Numbered from the stretch's first letter, positions 38,596 to 48,212 are shown. The stretch is DNA of 64,000 nt from an uncultured Nitrososphaeria archaeon (GCA_964451435.1 CAYVHW010000001.1:740-64739); one strand, 5' to 3'. Program-made: numbers and translations. The notes: generated by a model from the sequence alone, not told the origin.

Positions 38596-39864
38596 TTGAG
38601 GAGGATGAGGGGATTTAAGAGGCTCATCGGGGTCTCCGAGGCCTTGGAGAAGTTGAGGAAAGCCGTAGCCCATCGGATAAGGAAGGTCGAGGAGGTCGAG
38701 CTAATGGATTCCCTTGGGAGAGTATGCGCTGAAGATGTGAAGGCTAGGATGGATGTCCCACCCTATGATAGAAGCGCCGTGGACGGCTATGCGATTATAG
38801 CCGAGGATGTATTCGGGGCATCGCCGATGAATCCGGTAAAGCTCAAGCTCGTCGGCAGAATCTTGGCCGGATCGAATCCATTAACCATCCCAAGGGTTGA
38901 GAGGGGTGAGGCGGCCGAGATCATGACCGGAGCTCCGATGCCATCCAATGCAAACGCTGTTGTGATGGCAGAAGACGTGAAGGTCGTCGAGGATGGAATC
39001 GAGGTATTGAAACCCGTCCACCCATATCGAAACGTCTCCAGAAGGGGTGAAGACTTCGCCAGGGGAGAGACCGTGATCAGGAGAGGTGTTAGGGTTAAGC
39101 CATGGCACATCGGGGCCCTCGCATCCTTAAACGTGAAGAGGTTGAAGGTTTTCAGAAGGCCTAAGATATCCGTTCTATCGACTGGGGATGAGCTGATCGA
39201 GCTTGGAGGAGAGCTCAAGCCCGGAAAGATAGTGAACTCCACTAAGCCCATGCTCATGGCCCTCCTACTCGCTGAGGGCTGCATCCCACTGGATCTAGGA
39301 ATCGTGGGAGACGATGTGGACGAGATCCATTCAAGGATCTTAACGGGCCTGAGGAAATCTGATGGAGTGATAGTTACGGGCGGATCAAGCATAGGTGTGA
39401 GAGATCTCGTCCCAGAAGCCGTTAAGAGATTAGGAGAGATAATATTTCATGGATTGCGGATTAGGCCTGGGAAGCCGACGGGAGCAGCCGTTTCAGATGG
39501 AAAGCCTATCTTCATGCTCTCAGGATTCCCGGTTGCGGCGGCGGTGGGATTCGAGGCGTTGGTGAGGCCGATCTTAGCCCATATGCAGGGATGCGTGATC
39601 GAGCCTCGACCTAAAGTTGAAGGAATCCTTACGAGAAGGGTTGTTAATCCGCCGAACACCAGATCTTATGTGAGGGTTAGGGTCTTCGAATCCGATGGTA
39701 GGATCATGGTTGAGCCCTTGAGGTTGACTGGATCCGGGATATTGTCGTCGCTTACGAGGGGGAATGGATTATTGATAATCCCTGAAGAGCTTGAAGGATA
39801 TGATGAGGGAAGCTCCGTGGAGGTGGAGCTCCTCCAGCCAATAGAGAGAGGTGATGAGAGATGA
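38596..39864 (+). CDS. moeA: molybdopterin molybdo/tungsto-transferase MoeA (paralogue 1)
   Basis: 422 aa with the MoeA domain order (N, MoCF-binding GGSSIG, C-terminal). Its stop overlaps the start of paralogue 2. Confidence 0.8.
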   Translation: MRRMRGFKRLIGVSEALEKLRKAVAHRIRKVEEVELMDSLGRVCAEDVKARMDVPPYDRSAVDGYAIIAEDVFGASPMNPVKLKLVGRILAGSNPLTIPRVERGEAAEIMTGAPMPSNANAVVMAEDVKVVEDGIEVLKPVHPYRNVSRRGEDFARGETVIRRGVRVKPWHIGALASLNVKRLKVFRRPKISVLSTGDELIELGGELKPGKIVNSTKPMLMALLLAEGCIPLDLGIVGDDVDEIHSRILTGLRKSDGVIVTGGSSIGVRDLVPEAVKRLGEIIFHGLRIRPGKPTGAAVSDGKPIFMLSGFPVAAAVGFEALVRPILAHMQGCVIEPRPKVEGILTRRVVNPPNTRSYVRVRVFESDGRIMVEPLRLTGSGILSSLTRGNGLLIIPEELEGYDEGSSVEVELLQPIERGDER

Positions 39865-41807
39865 GGAGAATATTCCATAAACTTCTCTCACCTGAGGAGG
39901 CGTTGAAGATAATCGAGGAGAGGGCGGAGTCGGTGAAGAAGCCTGAGCCGGAGGTCGTGAAGTTATCCGATGCTCTTGGTAGGATATTGGCCGAGAACAT
40001 CTATGCTAGAGTTGATTCACCACCATTTGACAGAGCAGTAGTCGATGGATACGCGGTGAAGGCCGAGGATGTTTATCGAGCGGATGAGGCGAACCCGGTC
40101 GAGCTGAGGTTGATCGGAGGAGTTGAGGTTGGGGAGATTCCAAGGCTGGAGCTTAGATCCGGTGAATGCGTGGAGATCGCGACCGGAGCTCCCATACCTA
40201 GAGGAGCCGACGCCGTAGTGATGGTCGAACACACGAAGAGGATCGGAGACAAGATCTTGATCTATAGAGGCGTCCACCCCGGGGAGAATGTGGCGCAGAC
40301 GGGATCCGATATCACGGCTGGAGATCTGGTCTTGAGGATGGGTAGGAGGTTAAGGTCTAGAGATATTGCGATCCTAGCGGCGGTTGGATATGATCGGGTC
40401 AAGGTCTACAGGAGGCTTAGAGCCGCATTCTTCTCAACAGGAAACGAGCTAATATCTCCGCCGAATCCATTAAAGCCCGGTAAGATCTACGATGTGAATG
40501 GATACGTTATTCCAGCCATGTTAAGGGATCTCGGATTGGATGCGGACTTCTTGGGAATACTTCCAGACAGATATGACGCGATGTTAAACGCGATTAGAGA
40601 CGCATTAGATAAGTATGATCTCGTGATCACCTCTGGGAGCACGTCGGCGGGAGCTGGAGATGTGATCTACCGAGTCTTCGAGGAGCTTGGAGAGATAATA
40701 GTCCACGGCTTAAGGGTTAAGCCCGGGAAGCCCACGGTCATAGGATTATCTAGAAACGGGAAGCTCTTGATAGGGTTGCCCGGATTCCCCCTCTCATGCG
40801 CGATGGTCTTCATCCACCTAATCAAACCCCTACTCAATAAGCTGACCGGGGCTAGGGAAGAGCCCCGCTACTGGAAGGCCAAGGCCAAGCTACCTATCAA
40901 GATCGAGACGGGAGGTGGAAAAACCTGGTATATTCCAGTTCAGATAGTTGACTCGCCGAATGGGCTTATGGTCTACCCGATTCTCCGAGGATCTGGATCT
41001 GCTTCGACCCTAGCCGAGTCCGATGGATTCATAACGATACCCGAAGACGTGGTCTTCGTGGATGAGGGAGAGGAGGTCGAGGTAAATCTATTCGAGGAGC
41101 TTAGAATTCCAAGCATATCGATAATCGGAAGCCATTGCCCAGCCATAGACCTTATCCTGAACCTCGGAGGTATCTACGACGCGAAGGTGATTAACGTTGG
41201 ATCGCTTTCAGGCTGGAGGGCGTTGAAGCTCGGAACAGCCGACATCTCCGGAACCCACCTCCTAGACGAGAAGACCATGAGATACAATTTCCACATGCCC
41301 GAAGAGCTTGGACTTGGGGATGAGGTGGAGATTTATGGAGGATATATTAGGGAGATCGGATTCATGGTCGCAAAGGGAAACCCGAAGAATATTAACGGAT
41401 TCGAAGATCTCTTGAGAGAGGACGTCGTCTTCATCAACAGGGTTAAGGGATCGGGAATACGAACCCTAATAGACATAGAGCTTAAGAGAATGGGAATAAC
41501 GGATCCAGAGAAGAGGATTAAGGGATATGTCTATGAGGCCAAGACCCATACAGCCGTGGCCTCGGCGGTCAAGGATGGTAGGGCGGATGTCGGGGTGGGG
41601 ATAGGATATGTCGCGAAACTATACGGCCTCGACTTCATCCCGATAAGGGAGGAGAGATTCGACTTCGCCGTGAGGAGAGATAGACTGTATAAGCCTGCCG
41701 TGAGAAAGTTCTTAGAAACCTTGAGAAGTAAGAGGTTCGCTCAAGAACTCGGCAAGCTCCCACACTACAGGATTCACGAGCAGACCGGGAAGAGGATCTA
41801 TCCGTGA
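39861..41807 (+). CDS. moeA: MoeA (paralogue 2) fused to a C-terminal PBP-like molybdate/tungstate-binding domain
   Basis: 648 aa. Residues 1-400 form a MoeA core (SGSTSAG). A roughly 240-aa C-terminal domain (SISIIGSHCPAIDLI...GTADISGTHLLDEKT...) resembles the periplasmic-binding-protein-like oxoanion domain of ModA/WtpA/ModE-type proteins. Confidence 0.7.
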   Translation: MRRIFHKLLSPEEALKIIEERAESVKKPEPEVVKLSDALGRILAENIYARVDSPPFDRAVVDGYAVKAEDVYRADEANPVELRLIGGVEVGEIPRLELRSGECVEIATGAPIPRGADAVVMVEHTKRIGDKILIYRGVHPGENVAQTGSDITAGDLVLRMGRRLRSRDIAILAAVGYDRVKVYRRLRAAFFSTGNELISPPNPLKPGKIYDVNGYVIPAMLRDLGLDADFLGILPDRYDAMLNAIRDALDKYDLVITSGSTSAGAGDVIYRVFEELGEIIVHGLRVKPGKPTVIGLSRNGKLLIGLPGFPLSCAMVFIHLIKPLLNKLTGAREEPRYWKAKAKLPIKIETGGGKTWYIPVQIVDSPNGLMVYPILRGSGSASTLAESDGFITIPEDVVFVDEGEEVEVNLFEELRIPSISIIGSHCPAIDLILNLGGIYDAKVINVGSLSGWRALKLGTADISGTHLLDEKTMRYNFHMPEELGLGDEVEIYGGYIREIGFMVAKGNPKNINGFEDLLREDVVFINRVKGSGIRTLIDIELKRMGITDPEKRIKGYVYEAKTHTAVASAVKDGRADVGVGIGYVAKLYGLDFIPIREERFDFAVRRDRLYKPAVRKFLETLRSKRFAQELGKLPHYRIHEQTGKRIYP

Positions 41808-41870
41808 GAATCTCATTAAAGGGCGGGAGGTCGTAAACCCTTATAGAATCGCCCAGCCGAGATTAACCAC

Positions 41871-42416
41871 ATGGGTGGAAAAGCTGTATTCGTCGCCCAC
41901 TGCATCCTAAACCAGAACTCTAAGGCGTTGGGATTCGCGAGCCGCCCAGGTCTCGTTGAATGGCTCATAGACTTCCTCAAAAAGAGTGGATGCGTTGTCG
42001 AGCAACTTCCTTGCCCTGAGATGCTCTATCTCGGAGTTAATAGATGGTGGCATACAAGAGACCAGTATGATACGCCCGGATTTAGGAGGCATTGTAGGAG
42101 GCTCGCAAAGATGGTTGCAGACTTAATGGAATATTATCGGAGACGCGGCCTCGCCGTCGTCTTGATAGGAATCGATGGAAGTCCATCATGCGGCGTAAAC
42201 CTGACTGGGAGGAACCCGTATTGGGGTGGGGAGCCTAGGGCATCCGCCGAGCAGTATCAGGTGGTTGAGGGAATGGGTGTTTGGATGGAGGAGCTTCTCA
42301 AGGAGGTTGAGAGGAGGGGGATTAAGCGATTCAAGGTCATCGGATTAGCGATGGATCTACCCGGCTTCGATCTCAAGGAGACGCTTAAGATGCTTGAGGC
42401 CGAGCTGGAGGGATAG
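41871..42416 (+). CDS. DUF523 family Fe-S protein (2-thiouracil desulfidase TudS-like)
   Basis: 181 aa. Cys11 (VAHCILNQ), a CPE motif (LPCPEM) and SPSCG occur at the spacing recalled for DUF523 [4Fe-4S] ligands. Confidence 0.5.
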   Translation: MGGKAVFVAHCILNQNSKALGFASRPGLVEWLIDFLKKSGCVVEQLPCPEMLYLGVNRWWHTRDQYDTPGFRRHCRRLAKMVADLMEYYRRRGLAVVLIGIDGSPSCGVNLTGRNPYWGGEPRASAEQYQVVEGMGVWMEELLKEVERRGIKRFKVIGLAMDLPGFDLKETLKMLEAELEG

Positions 42417-42419
42417 ACT

Positions 42420-42818
42420 TTGTCGCTTAGAGATTCTAGAAGCTATAAGGTTGTCTTCACGCCAGATTACGTGATCAACCCCGAGAACTATCCAGATATA
42501 CCTAAAACCTTGAAGATCTATGATGGGATCAAGAATGCTGGATATGGTATTGTGAAGTTTCCAGCCATCGACCTACCCGAGGATCGGATCCAAGATTGGA
42601 TCGAGATTGTTGCGGATATGATAGAGGAGTATCAGAAGAGGGGATACGCCACAGCCTTAATAACGATAAATTGTCTGGAGGATGGGGGAGTATGGCTGAG
42701 CAGGCTTAGAGCCGAGCTGGAGTCTAGGGGGTTAAAGATTCCGAAGGTAGTCGAGTTTTCGAGAGGCGAGTTGGAGAAAGATGAGGAGCTGTTCTCAAAG
42801 ATTAAATCGATATTCTGA
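42420..42818 (+). CDS. hypothetical protein (TTG start), possibly co-transcribed with DUF523
   Basis: A 132-aa ORF with no recognisable motifs. The 3-nt gap after DUF523 suggests an operon. Confidence 0.3.
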   Translation: MSLRDSRSYKVVFTPDYVINPENYPDIPKTLKIYDGIKNAGYGIVKFPAIDLPEDRIQDWIEIVADMIEEYQKRGYATALITINCLEDGGVWLSRLRAELESRGLKIPKVVEFSRGELEKDEELFSKIKSIF

Positions 42819-43631
42819 TCACCTAACCTTCATCCACTCAACTCCAAGCTTGTCGAATATTTCCAACAACATCCTCCTATGATCAGACTTCAATCCCTTC
42901 CAGTCGAGGACTGCGAGCTTAGGCCTCTCGACGGTCTTCTCAAAGGCCTGCCTAACTATCTCCTCGTCTACTGGCATAGCATACTTTGGACACATATGAC
43001 CAAATCCCATGTCTTTCTCAAGTGATAGTCTCGTGAAGGTCGGGGCATAGTGTCCTCCCCCAAACCCTATTGCGACCAGCTCCGGATTCAACCTCTCTTC
43101 AGCAATCTTAAAGCAGGTCGATGCTACAGCCTCCAAAGCCTTTCTCTCCGGAATTTGATCAGGAGGCCCACCAGCTTCGACGAATATCAGCGGAACATCC
43201 GTTCTCGGGCCATGGTGGGTTACCTCCAACCCAACTCTCCAATCCGTTAACCTAAGCCTATCAGCCTCTTCCTTGAGGAAGTTTATGGATGTGTAGAGGG
43301 CTTTTGCGCTCGTCGCCGAGAGCGTTTTAGGACTTCCACCTAGCTCGGCTTTAGGCCCCCAGTTCCCGACTGGATGGGTTAGTAGGGCCTTGACTCCTGC
43401 CTCAGATCGATGGGATGAGGCGACTATGAGTAGATCCGCGCTCCAATCCTCTCCAAGCCCATCCGCATAGACATGCTTCTCCTCAATTATCCTAAGCTCC
43501 ACTCCATGAGATCTGTAAAGGTTTTCATCGACTTCCCTAAAGTCATAGCACTCCTTTAGGATCTCAGCCACCCTCATCGAGACCTCATCCATCCTCGACG
43601 CGACTATCACGCTCACCACGGCTATCTTCAA
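42819..43631 (-). CDS. dtdA: D-aminoacyl-tRNA deacylase, archaeal type (DtdA)
   Basis: 270 aa. The length and layout (N-terminal MKIAVVS..., ...THHGP..., GGGHYAP) match the archaeal DTD family. Confidence 0.7.
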   Translation of the reverse strand: MKIAVVSVIVASRMDEVSMRVAEILKECYDFREVDENLYRSHGVELRIIEEKHVYADGLGEDWSADLLIVASSHRSEAGVKALLTHPVGNWGPKAELGGSPKTLSATSAKALYTSINFLKEEADRLRLTDWRVGLEVTHHGPRTDVPLIFVEAGGPPDQIPERKALEAVASTCFKIAEERLNPELVAIGFGGGHYAPTFTRLSLEKDMGFGHMCPKYAMPVDEEIVRQAFEKTVERPKLAVLDWKGLKSDHRRMLLEIFDKLGVEWMKVR

Positions 43632-43666
43632 AAGGTGATGAGGCCAAACCTATTTAGGATTAGCTG

Positions 43667-44533
43667 ATGAGATTTAGGCCCGTTCTAAGGCCACTGCTCT
43701 GCAAACCCGTGATAGATAGGCTTCTAAGGGCCAGAGATCATGAAGAGGTTGTTAAGATCTCATTAGATCTCGGCAGAAGCCTCCATGAATGCTCTATTCG
43801 AGAGGAGGGAGTTATGATAGATGATCAGCTGATAAGGTGGGAGGAATTGGAGAGAGCGTCGAAGAGGGAGAGGGATATATTCACGGTAGCTGATGGTAGG
43901 CTTCTCTCGCTCTCGATCTCAGGCAGACACTTCTATAAACTGGTCTTCATAGGCTGGGGGCATCCACCAACCCTAGAGATAGATGGAATCCACATGCATA
44001 GGATCAAGGACATAACCCCGGATAGGGATGCTTGGATGAAGGTTAAGCTATGCGGAGACCTCAGATGTAAAAGAGTGTTGGATACATGCATGGGGCTTGG
44101 ATACACGGCGATAGTAGCCTTAAAGATGGGGGCGTGCAAGATCATCACGGTCGAGGTAGATGAGAATGTCGTTGAGCTAGCGAGGCTGAACCCTTGGTCT
44201 AAGGAGCTCTCAGATGAGAGGATAGACTTCAGGCTTGGAGATATAAGAGAGTTGATAGATGGATTCCGTGGGGAATTCGATGCAATAGTACATGATCCTC
44301 CGAGATTCTCCCTAGCCGGAGAACTCTATAGCCTCGAATTCTATAGAAAGCTGAATAAGGCGTTGAGGTTGGGTGGGAGGCTCGTCCACTATGTCGGCCA
44401 GCCTGGGATCGTTAAGGGTAGGGCGATCTGGAGGGGCGTTATGAGGAGGTTGAGGGAAGCCGGATTCGATGTGAAATATGATTCGAGGTCTCGATGCGTC
44501 TATGGGGTTAAGCTAAGAGATCTCAGCCCATAA
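43667..44533 (+). CDS. class I SAM-dependent methyltransferase (COG2521-like, DPPxF motif)
   Basis: 288 aa with a Rossmann MTase core (VLDTCMGLGYTAI ... EVDEN ... IVHDPPRFS). The target is unknown. Confidence 0.5.
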   Translation: MRFRPVLRPLLCKPVIDRLLRARDHEEVVKISLDLGRSLHECSIREEGVMIDDQLIRWEELERASKRERDIFTVADGRLLSLSISGRHFYKLVFIGWGHPPTLEIDGIHMHRIKDITPDRDAWMKVKLCGDLRCKRVLDTCMGLGYTAIVALKMGACKIITVEVDENVVELARLNPWSKELSDERIDFRLGDIRELIDGFRGEFDAIVHDPPRFSLAGELYSLEFYRKLNKALRLGGRLVHYVGQPGIVKGRAIWRGVMRRLREAGFDVKYDSRSRCVYGVKLRDLSP

Positions 44534-45581
44534 TCATCGACATTATAGCCTTCTGGACGTGGAGCCTATTCTCGGCCTGATCGAATACCACCGAGTGGGG
44601 GCCATCGATCACCTCATCCGTCACCTCATATCCCCTATCGGCTGGGAGGCAGTGCATGTAGATCACATCCCTCTTCGCGACCTCAAGCTTCTCCGAGTCG
44701 CAGATCCAGTCCCTATTCTTCTCGAATAGCTCCTTCATCCCATCGAAGTCGGGCTTCGAGGCCTTCGGAGGAATATAGTTTAGGCTCAGCCAAGACTTTG
44801 GATAAACTACATCAGCGCCCTCGAAGGCCGCCTTCATATCATGGACTATCTCGAATGACCCGCCGAACTCATCAGCATACTTCTTACATTGTTCGATCAC
44901 CTTTGGATCTAGGTCGAATCCCTTTGGGTGAGCTAGGACGACGTCCATCCCAAACTTTGTCGCGACTAAGACGGCGCTTTGGGGGACGGCTAGGGGCTTC
45001 TCGACGCTTGGGGTGTATGCCCAGCTCATCACAAACTTCTTTCCCTCGACCTTCCCCAACTTCTCCTTAATCGTCATTATATCTGCCATGGCTTGGCATG
45101 GATGATACATGTCGCACTCCATGTTTATCACGGGGACATCGGCCCACCTCGCAAACTCTCTAATGATCCTATTCCCTCGGCCATAGATCCACTTAGCATG
45201 CTTCCCATAAATCCTAATGGCTATGCCATCACCATACCTTGAGAGAACCCTCGCGACATCGGCGATCCTCTCAGTCGTGTAAGCTATCTCATCTCCTGGG
45301 AGGGCTGGGGTGTAGATGGCGTCATGTGGGTCCAGAAAGTGGGCGTGGCCTCCGAGCTGCGTCATCCCAGCCTCAAAGCTATTCCTAGTCCTGAGAGATC
45401 TATTATAGAAGATCAGGAATAGAGTCTTCCCCTTGAGATATGGGTGCTCGACCTTCCTAAACTTCCTCTTCAAGTCCATGGCGGCGTCGAGGATTTGGTC
45501 AAGCTCCTCCCTAGTCCACTCAATCGTCGTTATCCAATCCCTACCACGATACATTCCAACATACTTGGGTAGCTCGGACAT
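44523..45581 (-). CDS. transcarbamylase-fold protein, non-canonical (YgeW-like/unknown specificity), paralogue A
   Basis: 352 aa. Carbamoyl-P motifs are present (SLRTR, HPCQ, HCLP), but the OTCase D..SMG motif is replaced by VYPKSW and no ATCase R-x-Q-x-ER is present. It is about 40 aa longer than OTC/ATC. Confidence 0.7.
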   Translation of the reverse strand: MSELPKYVGMYRGRDWITTIEWTREELDQILDAAMDLKRKFRKVEHPYLKGKTLFLIFYNRSLRTRNSFEAGMTQLGGHAHFLDPHDAIYTPALPGDEIAYTTERIADVARVLSRYGDGIAIRIYGKHAKWIYGRGNRIIREFARWADVPVINMECDMYHPCQAMADIMTIKEKLGKVEGKKFVMSWAYTPSVEKPLAVPQSAVLVATKFGMDVVLAHPKGFDLDPKVIEQCKKYADEFGGSFEIVHDMKAAFEGADVVYPKSWLSLNYIPPKASKPDFDGMKELFEKNRDWICDSEKLEVAKRDVIYMHCLPADRGYEVTDEVIDGPHSVVFDQAENRLHVQKAIMSMIMG

Positions 45582-45616
45582 CTAGATCCACCGAGAGAAG
45601 GGTATCGATGAAGGGT

Positions 45617-47002
45617 TTAAGCTTTTCCACCTCCACGAATCGGGGATAATCTCTCTGGACGGCCTCTCTTAACATATTCTCCATATCCCTCGCGTCCAAG
45701 AACCTCTCCATCCCTATAGATTATCTCGCCTCTTAGGATGGTCATGTAGATCCTCCCCCTACACCTATACCCCTCATACGGCGTCCACCCAGATCTTTGA
45801 TGGAGTTCATCAGCCTTAATCATCCACTCACGGTTTAGATCGATCACGGTTAGATCCGCGTCCGAGCCTATCGCTATAACTCCCTTCTTGGGATAGAGCC
45901 CAAACCTCCTCGCGGGATTCTCGGAGAGTAGTCTAGCGAGATCCATGAGCGTGATCCTTCCCTGATTAACCCCCTCACTCAACATGAGTGGAAATAGGGT
46001 CTCGATCCCCGGCAGCCCGCTCCTTATCGGCCAAATATCACTCCATCCAGGCTCTCTATCTTCCTTGAATGTTGAGTAATGGTCTGTCGCAACCATATCT
46101 ATCAACCCACTTCTAAGACCCAGCCATAGAGCCTCCAAGTCCTCTCTCAATCTAAGGGGTGGGGTCATCTTGAGGTATGGGCCAAGCTTCTCAACATCAT
46201 CCCTCGTGAATATCAGGTAATGAGGGCATGTCTCACAGCTTATATTGACTCCACGATATTTCGCCTCCTCAATAAGCTTCAACCCCTCCATCGTCGTCAA
46301 GTGAACTATATGTATCCCGCATCCAGTCGCCCTCGAATAGGCTATAACCCTACCTATCCCCTCAACCTCCGCAAGCCTCGGCCTAGACTCATGGTATGCC
46401 ATCGGATCTCTCCTATCCATAGACTTTAGCCTCTCGGTGTAGAGGTCTACGAGGAATCCATTCTCAGCGTGGAACATGCATAGTCCCCGACCCTTAACCA
46501 TCTCCATAAGCCTCAAAATATCTCGATCGTCTATCATGTATGGCTTGCAGAGGAATAGCTTGAATGAATTGACTCCAAGATCTATCAAAGAGTTTGGATC
46601 GAATCCTTCTAAGCTCTGTATATTTCCCGCATGTAGGCCGAAGTCTATGCGAGACCATCTCTCGCCGGCCTCGATCTTTTCTCTCAAAGCATCGGTGGTG
46701 ATATACGGCGTATCGGTAGGCATCTCGATTATCGTCGTGACCCCTCCAGCGGAGGCCGCCAAGCTTATCGACCTAAAATCCTCTCTCGGCCCAAAGTGTT
46801 TTGGATCATAGGCGTGGACGTGGACATCTATCGCTCCTGGGAGCACGTATCTCCCATTCAGATCTATTTCAATGTCTCCCCTCGGTAGATGATTTATCGA
46901 CGCTATGGAGATAATCTGTCCTCGATCGATCGCAACCCCGGCCTCGAACACACCCTCTCTAAGGACGAGCCTACAGTTCTTCAATACTAGGTCGACGGTC
47001 AA
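45617..47002 (-). CDS. cyclic amidohydrolase (hydantoinase/dihydropyrimidinase/allantoinase family)
   Basis: 461 aa. Metal ligands DVHVH are present, and VNSFKLF is the NSFK carboxylated-Lys motif of DHPase/hydantoinases (absent in type I dihydroorotases). Confidence 0.7.
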   Translation of the reverse strand: MTVDLVLKNCRLVLREGVFEAGVAIDRGQIISIASINHLPRGDIEIDLNGRYVLPGAIDVHVHAYDPKHFGPREDFRSISLAASAGGVTTIIEMPTDTPYITTDALREKIEAGERWSRIDFGLHAGNIQSLEGFDPNSLIDLGVNSFKLFLCKPYMIDDRDILRLMEMVKGRGLCMFHAENGFLVDLYTERLKSMDRRDPMAYHESRPRLAEVEGIGRVIAYSRATGCGIHIVHLTTMEGLKLIEEAKYRGVNISCETCPHYLIFTRDDVEKLGPYLKMTPPLRLREDLEALWLGLRSGLIDMVATDHYSTFKEDREPGWSDIWPIRSGLPGIETLFPLMLSEGVNQGRITLMDLARLLSENPARRFGLYPKKGVIAIGSDADLTVIDLNREWMIKADELHQRSGWTPYEGYRCRGRIYMTILRGEIIYRDGEVLGREGYGEYVKRGRPERLSPIRGGGKA

Positions 47003-47060
47003 CTCAGCTCAACAAGTATCCTCGATCACATGATAAATCTCTTTCCAGAATCTCAGCCCA

Positions 47061-48095
47061 CTACTCATACAGTTTCTTACTCATGGTTAGGGCTAAGACC
47101 GCCATCTTGACGTATAATCCGTTCTCGGCCTGCTCGTAGATCACAGACCTCGGCCCATCCATAACCTCATCAGACGCCTCCTCACCCCTCAAGACTGGTA
47201 GGACGTGGGTGACTATCCCCTTCTTGTCCATTAGGTCGACGAGATCTTGGGTTAGACACCAATCCCTATATCTTCGATGGATCTCAAGCTCCCTCTCAAC
47301 CCCGAACCTAGACGCACCAATGCTCAATAGTTCCCAGCTCGCCCAGCTTCTCGGGAAGACTACATGAGCGCCTTCAATCGCTGGTTTAAGATCACTTGTT
47401 ATCTCAAGGCTTCCACCGCTCCTTTCCGCATTCTCCCTCGCCACCTTGACTATCTCTGGATCTAGGTTGAATCCGGGTGGATGAGCTACGACCACATCCA
47501 TCCCAAACCTCGTCATTATCAATAGCTCGGCCTGAATGCTGCATAGTCCTCTGAGCCTTGAGGCATAAGCCCACATAATCGTATACTTCTTCCCCTCAAT
47601 CTTTCCAAGCCTCTCCCTGACGGTCATAAGGTCTTGGATCGCTTGGGTTGGGTGATAGGTGCAGCATGCCATGTTTATCACAGGCTTCTCGGAGTGTCTC
47701 GCATACTCCATCACCGTCCACCTCCCAAGCCCATACCTGTAGTCTATGGCCTTGTCGAGGCATCGAACCCCTATCCCATCACCATATCTCTCATACATCT
47801 TCGCCACATCCTTCAACCTCTCCCCAAACCCTATCCTAAGCGTCGAGACATCGATATATGACATATGTCCTCCGAGCAAGTTCATCCCAGCCTCGAATGC
47901 TGCTCTAGTTCTGGTCGATGGGGCGTAGAAGATCGCGAAGAAGGTCTTATCCTTTAGAAACTTTGGGATCTTCTCCCCTCTCCTATGCATTTTCTTGAAT
48001 TCCGATGCGAGTCTTATCGCCTCCTCTATCTCCTCAACGCTCCAGTCTTGAGTCGTGATCAAGTCTCTACCATATAGATCCACACCTATCTTCAT
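47061..48095 (-). CDS. transcarbamylase-fold protein, non-canonical (YgeW-like/unknown specificity), paralogue B
   Basis: 344 aa with STRTR, HPTQ, HVLP and VFPRSW in place of the SMG motif. It shares the unusual features of paralogue A. Confidence 0.7.
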   Translation of the reverse strand: MKIGVDLYGRDLITTQDWSVEEIEEAIRLASEFKKMHRRGEKIPKFLKDKTFFAIFYAPSTRTRAAFEAGMNLLGGHMSYIDVSTLRIGFGERLKDVAKMYERYGDGIGVRCLDKAIDYRYGLGRWTVMEYARHSEKPVINMACCTYHPTQAIQDLMTVRERLGKIEGKKYTIMWAYASRLRGLCSIQAELLIMTRFGMDVVVAHPPGFNLDPEIVKVARENAERSGGSLEITSDLKPAIEGAHVVFPRSWASWELLSIGASRFGVERELEIHRRYRDWCLTQDLVDLMDKKGIVTHVLPVLRGEEASDEVMDGPRSVIYEQAENGLYVKMAVLALTMSKKLYE

Positions 48096-48164
48096 GGCGT
48101 TAACAATGTCTGTGTCAATTATTTTAATCTTTTAATAGGTTCTCAGGCGTGAGATTCCTTGTTC

Positions 48165-48177
48165 AAAATTTATATAA
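48165..48177 (+). promoter_or_regulatory. BRE/TATA-like element (CAAAA-TTTATATA) in the 117-nt divergent intergenic region
   Basis: Read directly from the sequence. It lies about 35-45 nt upstream of the TTG start at 48213 and may also serve the divergent transcarbamylase operon via the palindromic TATA. Confidence 0.35.
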
Positions 48178-48212
48178 TTGGTGAAGACATGGTTTAGTCT
48201 TGGGTCTTTGGC

